Source of the DNA: Alphaproteobacteria bacterium
GTDB taxonomy: Bacteria; Pseudomonadota; Alphaproteobacteria; GCA-2731375
DNA length: 64,000 bases
Assembly (NCBI GenBank): GCA_965232515.1
Contig: CBDDPY010000002.1
Coordinates: forward strand, 6,528,001 to 6,592,000
Direction: 5' to 3'
Shown: positions 46,671 to 55,085 of the stretch, piece by piece
Layout: every line of letters starts with the position of its first letter
How positions within the stretch are numbered: the stretch's first letter is position 1
Notes under the pieces: generated by a model
Seen by the model: only the letters and a program-made list of their open reading frames with translations
Databases searched by the model: none
What the model was told of the DNA's origin: nothing
Made by a program: the position numbers and the translations under genes

Positions 46671-48617
46671 ATGTGCGGCATAAGCGGAATATTCGATACC
46701 CGCGACCGGTCCGAGATCAATCAGGCGCTGCTCCGGCGGATGACCGACAGCATTGCGCACCGGGGGCCGGACGGCGATGGGTATCATATCGGACCGGGCA
46801 TTGGCCTCGGCCACCGGCGCCTGGCGATCATCGACCTGGTTAGCGGCGATCAGCCGATCTACAACGAAGATGGCAGCGTCGCCATCGTCTACAACGGCGA
46901 AATCTACAATTTCCAGGCCTTGATGGCCGAGCTCGAGGCCTTGGGGCATAAGTTCAGCACGCGCTCCGACACTGAAACCATCGTGCATGCCTGGGAGGAG
47001 TGGGGCGAGGCCTGCGTCGAGCGCCTGCGCGGCATGTTCGCCTTCGCGCTTTGGGACGAGAAGGCGCAGACCCTGTTCCTGGCCCGCGACAGGCTGGGCA
47101 AGAAGCCGCTCTACTACGCCTTGCTGTCGAACGGCTTTCTGGTCTTTGGCTCCGAACTGAAGTCGCTGCTCGTACACGAGAACCTGCCGCGCGAACTCGA
47201 CGCGAGCGCGGTCGAGGACTACTTCGCCTACGGCTACGTTCCCGACCCCAAGGTGATCTATCGCGGGGTCCGCAAGCTGCCGCCCGCGAGCACGCTTTGC
47301 CTGCGGCGTGGCGTCGGCGCCGCGCTGCCGGCGCCGAAGTCTTACTGGCGGGTGCGCTTCGACGCATCGGCGCTGGGCGATGAAGCGGCGCTGGGCGGCG
47401 AATTGATCGACCGCCTGCGCGAAGCCGTCGATATCCGCCGGATCTCGGACGTGCCGATCGGCGCCTTTCTGTCGGGCGGCGTTGATTCCAGCGCCGTTGT
47501 GGCGCTGATGTCGGAGCTGTCGCCGGAAGCGGTCAACACGTTTTCGATTTCTTTCAAGCAGCGTGAGTTCGACGAGTCGGCCTATGCGGCCGAGCACGCC
47601 GAACGCTACGGCACACGTCATTTCGTGCGACAGGTCGACGCCGACGAGTTCGACCTGGTGGATCAACTCGCGACGATCTACGACGAACCGTTTGGCGACA
47701 GTTCGGCGATTCCGACCTATCGCGTCAGCGCTATCGCCCGCGAGGAAGTGACGGTGGCGCTGTCAGGCGACGGTGGCGACGAATTTCTTGCGGGCTATCG
47801 ACGCTATCCCTGGCATTTGGCGGAAGAACGGGTCCGCCGTGCCATGCCGGCCGGGATGCGGCGATCCCTCTTCGGCCTGCTCGGCCGGGCCTATCCCAAG
47901 CTCGACTGGGCGCCGCGGCGGCTGCGTGCGAAGTCGACGTTCCAGGAACTCGCCCTCGATACGGTCCCGGGCTACTTCGCCAGCGTCTCGAAGCTGAACG
48001 ATCAAATGCGCGAGCGGCTCTATAGCGATCGCTTCAAACGCGCGCTTGGCGGCTATCATGCCGTCGAGGTGTTGCAGGCGGAGTTCCGATCGGCCGATTC
48101 CGACGACCCGCTGCTGCAGGCGCAGCATGCCGATATCAGAACCTGGCTCGCCGGCGGGATCCTGGTCAAGGTCGACCGCGCCAGCATGGCCAATTCGTTG
48201 GAGACACGCGCGCCGATCCTCGACCATCAGTTCGTCGAATGGACGGCCACGTTGCCGCCGGCGTTGAAGTTGAACCGGCACGGTGGGAAATACCTGTTCA
48301 AGCGGGCGTTGGAACCGCATGTCAGCGCCGATATTCTCTACCGGCCGAAGATGGGTTTCTCCGTGCCGCTGGCTAAATGGTTCCGCGGCCCGTTGCGCCA
48401 GCGTCTGCGCAACGCGATATCGAGCCAGGCGCTACGCGAAACCGAGATTTTCGACATGCCGTATTTGTCGTCGCTGGCGGAGCAGCACATCGCCGGCCGC
48501 CGCGATCACAGCGCGGCATTGTGGAGCGTGCTGATGTTCGAGTCGTTTCTGCGCCAGGTGCACGGTGTTGGCGTGTCGACCCCGGACAATACGGTCAGGG
48601 CGGTGTCGGTCGGGTGA
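46671..48617 (+). CDS. XrtA/PEP-CTERM system amidotransferase (AsnB-like asparagine synthetase family)
   Basis: MCGISG N-terminal nucleophile, HRGPD, HRRLAIID, NGEIYN, FLSGGVDSS, LSGDGGDE, KVDRASMANSLE. Confidence 0.93.
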   Translation: MCGISGIFDTRDRSEINQALLRRMTDSIAHRGPDGDGYHIGPGIGLGHRRLAIIDLVSGDQPIYNEDGSVAIVYNGEIYNFQALMAELEALGHKFSTRSDTETIVHAWEEWGEACVERLRGMFAFALWDEKAQTLFLARDRLGKKPLYYALLSNGFLVFGSELKSLLVHENLPRELDASAVEDYFAYGYVPDPKVIYRGVRKLPPASTLCLRRGVGAALPAPKSYWRVRFDASALGDEAALGGELIDRLREAVDIRRISDVPIGAFLSGGVDSSAVVALMSELSPEAVNTFSISFKQREFDESAYAAEHAERYGTRHFVRQVDADEFDLVDQLATIYDEPFGDSSAIPTYRVSAIAREEVTVALSGDGGDEFLAGYRRYPWHLAEERVRRAMPAGMRRSLFGLLGRAYPKLDWAPRRLRAKSTFQELALDTVPGYFASVSKLNDQMRERLYSDRFKRALGGYHAVEVLQAEFRSADSDDPLLQAQHADIRTWLAGGILVKVDRASMANSLETRAPILDHQFVEWTATLPPALKLNRHGGKYLFKRALEPHVSADILYRPKMGFSVPLAKWFRGPLRQRLRNAISSQALRETEIFDMPYLSSLAEQHIAGRRDHSAALWSVLMFESFLRQVHGVGVSTPDNTVRAVSVG

Positions 48618-48925
48618 CCGGCCCCGATGCGCCGACATTGTCGCATTTACCATAAGTTGAAACTTTGGCTTGTCCGCGCCGCCGCCAACGGTCGAATCCG
48701 TCCCGACATCGTCGGGCGCGCAAAATCAAGCAAAGCTGATTCGATTGGGCTATAATCGGTCGGTCGCAGAAGCGCCAACAAACAGTCATATTGAGAACAA
48801 GCTAGCGGTTTTCTGCTACCAGTTAACGCCCCCGGACACCGTCTTACTATTTAAGGTTAACGCCATTCGCGGGCGTCGATGTCGGAGATGTCTTTGCCAG
48901 CAATAGGTAACAACAGAGACATTTG

Positions 48926-49963
48926 ATGCCAAGCGGCATTGCTTTATTCGCTCTTGTCATGGTCATCCTGCAGTTGGGTGATCTTGGCGCACGGTCGGCA
49001 CAGGCCATGCCGGTGAAGCCGCGCGCCGAGGCGGCGGCCGACATACCGGCGATGACCGACGCCGCGCCGCCGGAGGCTGAAAGCCACGAATGGCCGGCCG
49101 GCGAGCGCGCCGGACCGCTCTACCCATTTCTGCCCGAACTGGACGATCAGGCATTTCGAACGAACGGCGATCAGGCCTCATCGATGGCCTATCGGCGCTG
49201 GCTGGTGCGCCATCGTCAATGGCTACAGTCGTTTCGCGCCGGTCTGGTGCCTGTGCGGCGTTTTGGGCCGGGCCCGACAGGAGCGACCGGCGGCGATCGG
49301 GCCGACGCGAACGAGCTGGCCGCCGGCGGCATGCCCTACGCGGCCGAATTGGAGTTCGTTTTCGTCCCACTCGGCCCGGCTGCCACCAAAAGGTCATCGG
49401 ATGACGCGGGTAGCCCAGTCTATGAAACAGCATTTGTTGGCTGGCTGGCGGCGCATTTCACGGATGCCGGCGGCGTTGGCGAAGAGCCTGAGTTCATGGG
49501 TAAAGTCGGCCTGAATCTGGTCGGATCCTTCTTCGATTTATTTGCCGAGGACGATGAGCTGGCGCTGATCGAAGATCGCATCGTTAAGGTCGTTAAGGTC
49601 AGAATTCCGGTTGAGCAAAAACACTTGATTGTTGACATCGGTCACTTTCCCGACGCTCTGAATGGGCCATTCTTGCTGCCGGGAATGGACTTCGGGAAGA
49701 TTGGCTCGAATGTCCTGCACGGGCAGATTGGCAATGCGTCATCGCCGGGTCAGGCGCTTGCGGGTGCGGGCGCCGAACGGCCTCAGAAAACGAGTCCGCA
49801 GGAGGAGGAACTTGAGGAGGAACCGCGGCAGCAACGCACCCTGATCGGCTTTTTTCTCTCGATTGTTACCGATATTGCGACGGCACCGATGACCTACCTT
49901 GTGCTTGTTGTACTGCTGTGCCTGTGGCTCGTGTCGCGGCAGAGAACGGCGTCCGGACACTAG
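48926..49963 (+). CDS. hypothetical exported protein with C-terminal TM helix and basic tail
   Basis: Signal ending SAQA; C-terminus APMTYLVLVVLLCLWLVSRQR. No family recognised. Confidence 0.6.
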   Translation: MPSGIALFALVMVILQLGDLGARSAQAMPVKPRAEAAADIPAMTDAAPPEAESHEWPAGERAGPLYPFLPELDDQAFRTNGDQASSMAYRRWLVRHRQWLQSFRAGLVPVRRFGPGPTGATGGDRADANELAAGGMPYAAELEFVFVPLGPAATKRSSDDAGSPVYETAFVGWLAAHFTDAGGVGEEPEFMGKVGLNLVGSFFDLFAEDDELALIEDRIVKVVKVRIPVEQKHLIVDIGHFPDALNGPFLLPGMDFGKIGSNVLHGQIGNASSPGQALAGAGAERPQKTSPQEEELEEEPRQQRTLIGFFLSIVTDIATAPMTYLVLVVLLCLWLVSRQRTASGH

Positions 49964-50107
49964 CTGCATGTGTTTGTCGAAGATCCTGAGCGGCTTTGTG
50001 TGGCCTGCCGGGGTGGCCGGTCAGCCGTTGGAGGTATTGAAACTGCGCCGCCGCATGTCCGGGACGCGTGTTTGTCGGGCCGGTCTGCCTGAGGGGGGCG
50101 GGCTCGC

Positions 50108-51529
50108 ATGATTTATCCCCGCGTCAGGATCTTTGGTCACTACATCTCGCGGGCTTCCCTGCTGCTTGGCCTGATCGAAGGCCTGATGCTGTTCGCCGTC
50201 GCGCACATCCTGTTGTCGACGCAGACCAGCGCTCAGGAAGCCGGACGCTTCAGCTTTTCCTATTTCTCGACGTTCGTTGCACTTTTTTGTGCAACGGTCT
50301 TTTTCTCGCTCGGATTATACAATCGAAACATCATCTCCAATGTACAGATAATGATCATCAGGATGTTTATTGGCCTGGTGATGGTATCGATAGCCAGCTA
50401 TCTTTTGATAAAATTCTATTTTTACGTATATCCTGTCGAGAAATACCCGCCGAGACACTATTTTTACCTGCCTGCTGGGATCGCTTTGGCGATCGTCGCA
50501 ATCCTATGCACACGAATTTTATTTATCATGATCGCCGATCTCGGCATGTTCCATCAGCGGATCATCGTGATCGGCAGTTTCGACCGCGCGTCCCAACTCA
50601 GGCAGAGCATTCTCGGTGACCAGGCCGAGGGCTTCGAGGTCGTCGGTCTGGTCGATCTGACCGGCAGGGCGGCGCATGCCATCCCCGACGTGCCCGTGCC
50701 GGTCCTGAATGCGGACCTCAACGATCTCTGGCCACTGGTCGAAGCCTACGACATTGACGAAATCGTCGTCGCGGAAGACGACCCCCAGACGCTGCCGGTG
50801 CATGCGTTGTTGAATTGCAAATTGCAGGGCGTTCGCGTGACCGGCTACCTCAGCTTTGTCGAGCGCGAGCTGGGCCGGATCGTGCTCGACGATCTCGATC
50901 CCAACTGGCTGATTTTCTCCGAAGGCTTCGACAAGAGCCTGTTCCGCGACGCCGCCAAGCGCACCTTCGACCTGATTGTCAGTCTGCTGTTGTTGATCTT
51001 CACCCTGCCGATCACGGCGGTCGCGGCGCTGCTGATCAAGCTCGACAGCCCCGGGCCGGTGTTCTACCGGCAGGAGCGGGTGGGCCGCGACGGCCGCACC
51101 TTTACGCTGACCAAGTTTCGCAGCATGCGGGTCGATGCGGAGCAGCAGGGCGGCCCGCGCTGGGCTGCCGAGAAAGACGATCGGATCACCGAGGTCGGCG
51201 CCTTTATCCGGCAGACCCGGATCGACGAGCTGCCGCAGATCATCAACGTGCTCCGCGGAGAGATGAGCATCATCGGTCCGCGGCCCGAGCGGCCGTTTTT
51301 CGTCGATACGCTCAGCGACGCGATTCCCTATTACGGCGAGCGTCATCGGGTGAAGCCGGGGATCACCGGCTGGGCGCAAATCAATTATCCCTATGGCGCC
51401 TCGATCGAAGACGCCAAGGAAAAGCTCTCCTACGACCTGTATTATGTGAAGAACACCAGCCTGTTCCTGGATGTTATTATTCTGCTGCAGACGGTTCGGG
51501 TCATCCTGTGGCCCTCCGGTGTGCGCTAA
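50108..51529 (+). CDS. PEP-CTERM system priming sugar transferase (polyprenyl-phosphate glycosylphosphotransferase)
   Basis: WLIFSEGF, KRTFDL, FYRQERVG, KFRSM, RIDELPQ..NVLRGEMS..GPRPERP, VKPGITGWAQINYPYGAS, YDLYYVKN. Directly upstream of prsK. Confidence 0.93.
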   Translation: MIYPRVRIFGHYISRASLLLGLIEGLMLFAVAHILLSTQTSAQEAGRFSFSYFSTFVALFCATVFFSLGLYNRNIISNVQIMIIRMFIGLVMVSIASYLLIKFYFYVYPVEKYPPRHYFYLPAGIALAIVAILCTRILFIMIADLGMFHQRIIVIGSFDRASQLRQSILGDQAEGFEVVGLVDLTGRAAHAIPDVPVPVLNADLNDLWPLVEAYDIDEIVVAEDDPQTLPVHALLNCKLQGVRVTGYLSFVERELGRIVLDDLDPNWLIFSEGFDKSLFRDAAKRTFDLIVSLLLLIFTLPITAVAALLIKLDSPGPVFYRQERVGRDGRTFTLTKFRSMRVDAEQQGGPRWAAEKDDRITEVGAFIRQTRIDELPQIINVLRGEMSIIGPRPERPFFVDTLSDAIPYYGERHRVKPGITGWAQINYPYGASIEDAKEKLSYDLYYVKNTSLFLDVIILLQTVRVILWPSGVR

Positions 51530-51550
51530 GATGAGCCCAGAGGCACGGCC

Positions 51551-53656
51551 ATGAGCGCAACGGTTGCGAGCCACGCGGCCGCAGTGTTTGCCTATCTGGT
51601 GCTGACCCTGCTGCTGCTGTTTTCGCGCAGTTCGACCGCGCTGGGTCGCTTGCTGCTCGTCACCTGCGGGTTGACGACGCTTTGGGCGGCGCTCGTCGTC
51701 TATCACGACCTGGTGCCTTATCGGTTCCCGCTGGCGGTCGAACTGGCCGAGATCGCCCGCACGGCCTCCTGGCTGATTTTCCTCGGCGGTTTGATCGTGC
51801 CGACGGCGGCATGGCTGGCGCCGATGTGGCGGCGGCGGTTTCTTGCGCTGTTGCTGGCCGGGCTGGTCGGCGGCTTGGCGCTGATCGAGGTTCTGGTCGA
51901 CCCGCAGATCGGATTGCTGGCCGGTGGCGCCCTCAGCCAGACCCTGCAGACGCTGCGGATCATTGGCTATCTGTCGCTCGCGGTGCTGGGGCTGGTCTGC
52001 GTCGAGAACATATTTCGCGGCGCCTCGACGGATTCGCTCTGGGCCCAGAAGTTCCTGGTGATCGGCGCCGGGCTGATCTTCGTCTACGACTTCTTCATCT
52101 ACTCCGATGCATTGCTGCTGAACCGGTTCGACGACAAGCTGTTCGACAGCCGCGGCGTCGTGAACGCCCTGGCGGTGCCGCTGATCGCGGTCGCGGCCAG
52201 CCGAAACCGGCAATGGTCGGTCGAGATCCATGTTTCACGCGGCGCCGTGTTTCACACCGCGGCAATCATCGGCAGCGGTGCCTACCTCGTCGCCATGGCC
52301 CTGGTGGGCTATTACCTGCGCACCCGGGGCGGCGCCTGGGGCGTCCTGTTCCAGACGGCGTTCCTGTCGGCGGCCTTTGTGTTCATGCTGCTGGCGCTGT
52401 TCTCGGAGGCCGTACGGGCGCGGATCCGCTTGTTCATCGCCAAGAACTTCTTTTCCTACAGCTACGACTACCGGCTTGAATGGTTGCGCTTCCTCGAAAC
52501 CATTTCGGGCGGGATCGGCAACCTGCACGACCGAGCCATCCGCGCCATGGCCGACGTGGTCGACAGCGCCTCGGGCGCGATTTGGGTCCGGGGCGTGGAT
52601 GACGAGGCCTATTATCCGGCGGCCCGTTGGAACTTCGGTGGCAAGCTGCCCTTCGTCGGCGCCGACACCCCGCTGATCGCCTTTCTGGAGCAGAATAATT
52701 GGATCGTCGATCTTAACGAATACGCGAACCGTCCCGATCTATATAAGGAACTGCAATTGCCGCGCTGGTTGCAGGAACTGTCGAAGGCATGGCTGGTTTT
52801 GCCGCTCCGGCGCCGGCAGCGTCTGGAAGGCTTTCTTGTCCTTGGCCGACCTCGGGCGTCGCGTCGCCTCGATTGGGAGGATTTCGATCTGTTGAAGACG
52901 ATGGGGCAACAGGTTGCGAGCTATCTGGCCGAGGAGGCCGCGCTGCGGGCGTTGGTCGACGCGCAGCAATTGCAGCAATTCAACCGTAGGTTTGCTTTCG
53001 TCATCCACGACATCAAGAATATCGCCAGCCAGCTTTCCCTGGTGCTGTCGAACTCCGAACGTCACGGCGACAATCCGGAATTCCAGCGCGATGCCATGCG
53101 CACCGTGCGCAACGCCGTGCAGAAGATGGGCGGGCTATTGGGGCAGTTGAAGCTGGACGAGCGCGCCGGCGCGTCCGCCGTGCGGCCGCTGGCCCTGGCG
53201 CCGGTGATCCGCGATGTTGCCCGGCCCTGGCTCAACGCCGCGCCGCCCGTGACCCTGAAGATCAACGACGAACATATCGAGGCGATGGCGGAGGAGGAGC
53301 GGTTGTCCGCGGTCATCGGCCATCTGTTGCAGAATGCAGTCGAGGCGGTGGACGCCGACGGCGTGATCACCCTGTCGCTGGACCTGGACGGCGATACGGC
53401 GGTGATTTCGGTCGCCGACAATGGGCCGGGCATGGATGCCGAGTTCATCCGCGACGAGCTGTTCCGGCCGTTGCACACCACCAAGCGCACGGGCTCGGGT
53501 CTCGGCGCCTATCAGACGCGCGAGCTGGTCCGGGAAATGGGCGGCCGGCTGGACGTGATCAGCGCGCCCGGCGCCGGCACCACGGTCAAGGTCCTGCTGT
53601 CGACGGTCAGCGAGTTTGTCGAGCCGGCCGCCGCGCAGGCCGGACGGAGAGGCTAG
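51551..53656 (+). CDS. prsK: PEP-CTERM system histidine kinase PrsK
   Basis: Multiple TM helices, YDFFIYSDA, KNFFSYSYDYR.EWL, GAF region LDWEDFDLLKT, H-box FVIHDIKN, DNPEFQ.D, DNGPGM, G.GLGAYQ.RE. Confidence 0.93.
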   Translation: MSATVASHAAAVFAYLVLTLLLLFSRSSTALGRLLLVTCGLTTLWAALVVYHDLVPYRFPLAVELAEIARTASWLIFLGGLIVPTAAWLAPMWRRRFLALLLAGLVGGLALIEVLVDPQIGLLAGGALSQTLQTLRIIGYLSLAVLGLVCVENIFRGASTDSLWAQKFLVIGAGLIFVYDFFIYSDALLLNRFDDKLFDSRGVVNALAVPLIAVAASRNRQWSVEIHVSRGAVFHTAAIIGSGAYLVAMALVGYYLRTRGGAWGVLFQTAFLSAAFVFMLLALFSEAVRARIRLFIAKNFFSYSYDYRLEWLRFLETISGGIGNLHDRAIRAMADVVDSASGAIWVRGVDDEAYYPAARWNFGGKLPFVGADTPLIAFLEQNNWIVDLNEYANRPDLYKELQLPRWLQELSKAWLVLPLRRRQRLEGFLVLGRPRASRRLDWEDFDLLKTMGQQVASYLAEEAALRALVDAQQLQQFNRRFAFVIHDIKNIASQLSLVLSNSERHGDNPEFQRDAMRTVRNAVQKMGGLLGQLKLDERAGASAVRPLALAPVIRDVARPWLNAAPPVTLKINDEHIEAMAEEERLSAVIGHLLQNAVEAVDADGVITLSLDLDGDTAVISVADNGPGMDAEFIRDELFRPLHTTKRTGSGLGAYQTRELVREMGGRLDVISAPGAGTTVKVLLSTVSEFVEPAAAQAGRRG

Positions 53657-53657
53657 G

Positions 53658-55031
53658 ATGGCGGTCGATCAGCTTGAGCTTCTGATCGTCGAGGACGATC
53701 CCGGACTGCAGAGCCAGCTCCGCTGGGCAATGTCGGAGCACAACGTGCATCTGACCAGCGACCGCGAGTCGGCGGTCGACGCGATGGAGCGGCACGGCCC
53801 GGCGGTGGTCGTTCTCGACCTCGGCCTGCCGCCCGACGCCAACGGCGCGACCGAAGGTCTGGCCACGCTCGATGCCCTGCTGTCGATGCGGCCGGAGACC
53901 AAGGTCATCGTCGCCAGCGGCAACGAGGAGCGCGCCAACGCCGTGCGCGCGATCAGCCTTGGCGCCTACGACTTCTGCGCCAAGCCCGTCGACATCGACA
54001 TGCTGCGGCTGATCATCGAGCGGGCCTGGCACGTCTACAAGCTGGAAGCCGAGAACCGCAAGCTGATGCAGGTCGGCGAAAGCGCGCCCTTCGGCGGCAT
54101 CATCACCGCCGACAGCGAGATGATGGCCGTCTGCCGGACCGTCGAAAAGATCGCGCCGACCGACGTCACGCTGCTCATTACCGGCGAAAGCGGCACCGGC
54201 AAGGAGCTGCTGTCGAGCGCGCTTCACGCCGCCAGCCAGCGCGCCGGCAACAGCTTCGTCGCGATCAATTGCGCGGCGATTCCCGAGAACCTTCTGGAGA
54301 GCGAGCTCTTCGGCTTCGAGAAGGGCGCCTTCACCGGAGCCGCCAAGCAGACCGTCGGCAAGATCGAGCTGGCGGACGGCGGCACGCTGTTTCTTGACGA
54401 GATCGGCGATTTGCCCGCCAGCCTTCAGGCCAAGCTGTTGCGGTTCCTGCAGGACCGCACGATCGAGCGCCTGGGCGGCCGCAAGTCGATCTCCGTCGAT
54501 GTGCGGATCGTCTGCGCCACCAATCAGAATCTGGAGGCGATGATCGAGGAGGGTACCTTCCGCGAAGACCTCTATTATCGCCTGAAGGAGATCAGCGTCG
54601 AGATCCCGCCGTTGCGGTCCCGCCGGGGCGACAGCATATTGCTGGCGAAGTTTTTCCTCGAACGCTTCAACACCCAGTACAGCAAGTCCCTTCGCGGCTT
54701 CTCCGACGACGCCATCCAGGCCGTTTCGCGTTATTCCTGGCCCGGCAACGTGCGCCAGCTCGAGAACAACGTGAAGAAGGCCGTGATCATGGCCGAGGGC
54801 AAGACGGTCACGGCCGAGGATCTCGATCTGGAAAACCTGATCCGCAATGCCAGCGACAACCGCCCGCACACGCTGAAGGAGGCGCGCGAGTATGCCGAGC
54901 GCCAGCTTGTCGAAGAAGTGCTGATCGCCACCGAGGGCAACATTTCCAAGACGGCCAAAATGCTGGGCGTCAGTCGACCGACGTTATATGACCTGATGCG
55001 TAATCTGGGGATGCGTACGGACGACGAGTAG
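53658..55031 (+). CDS. prsR: PEP-CTERM-box sigma54-dependent response regulator PrsR
   Basis: [23 protein letters not shown]...[31 protein letters not shown], Fis-type [14 protein letters not shown]. Confidence 0.95.
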   Translation: MAVDQLELLIVEDDPGLQSQLRWAMSEHNVHLTSDRESAVDAMERHGPAVVVLDLGLPPDANGATEGLATLDALLSMRPETKVIVASGNEERANAVRAISLGAYDFCAKPVDIDMLRLIIERAWHVYKLEAENRKLMQVGESAPFGGIITADSEMMAVCRTVEKIAPTDVTLLITGESGTGKELLSSALHAASQRAGNSFVAINCAAIPENLLESELFGFEKGAFTGAAKQTVGKIELADGGTLFLDEIGDLPASLQAKLLRFLQDRTIERLGGRKSISVDVRIVCATNQNLEAMIEEGTFREDLYYRLKEISVEIPPLRSRRGDSILLAKFFLERFNTQYSKSLRGFSDDAIQAVSRYSWPGNVRQLENNVKKAVIMAEGKTVTAEDLDLENLIRNASDNRPHTLKEAREYAERQLVEEVLIATEGNISKTAKMLGVSRPTLYDLMRNLGMRTDDE

Positions 55032-55085
55032 TCGGCGGCACAGCGATCCGCCGCAGCAACATCAATGGATTGAGAGACTGGAACT

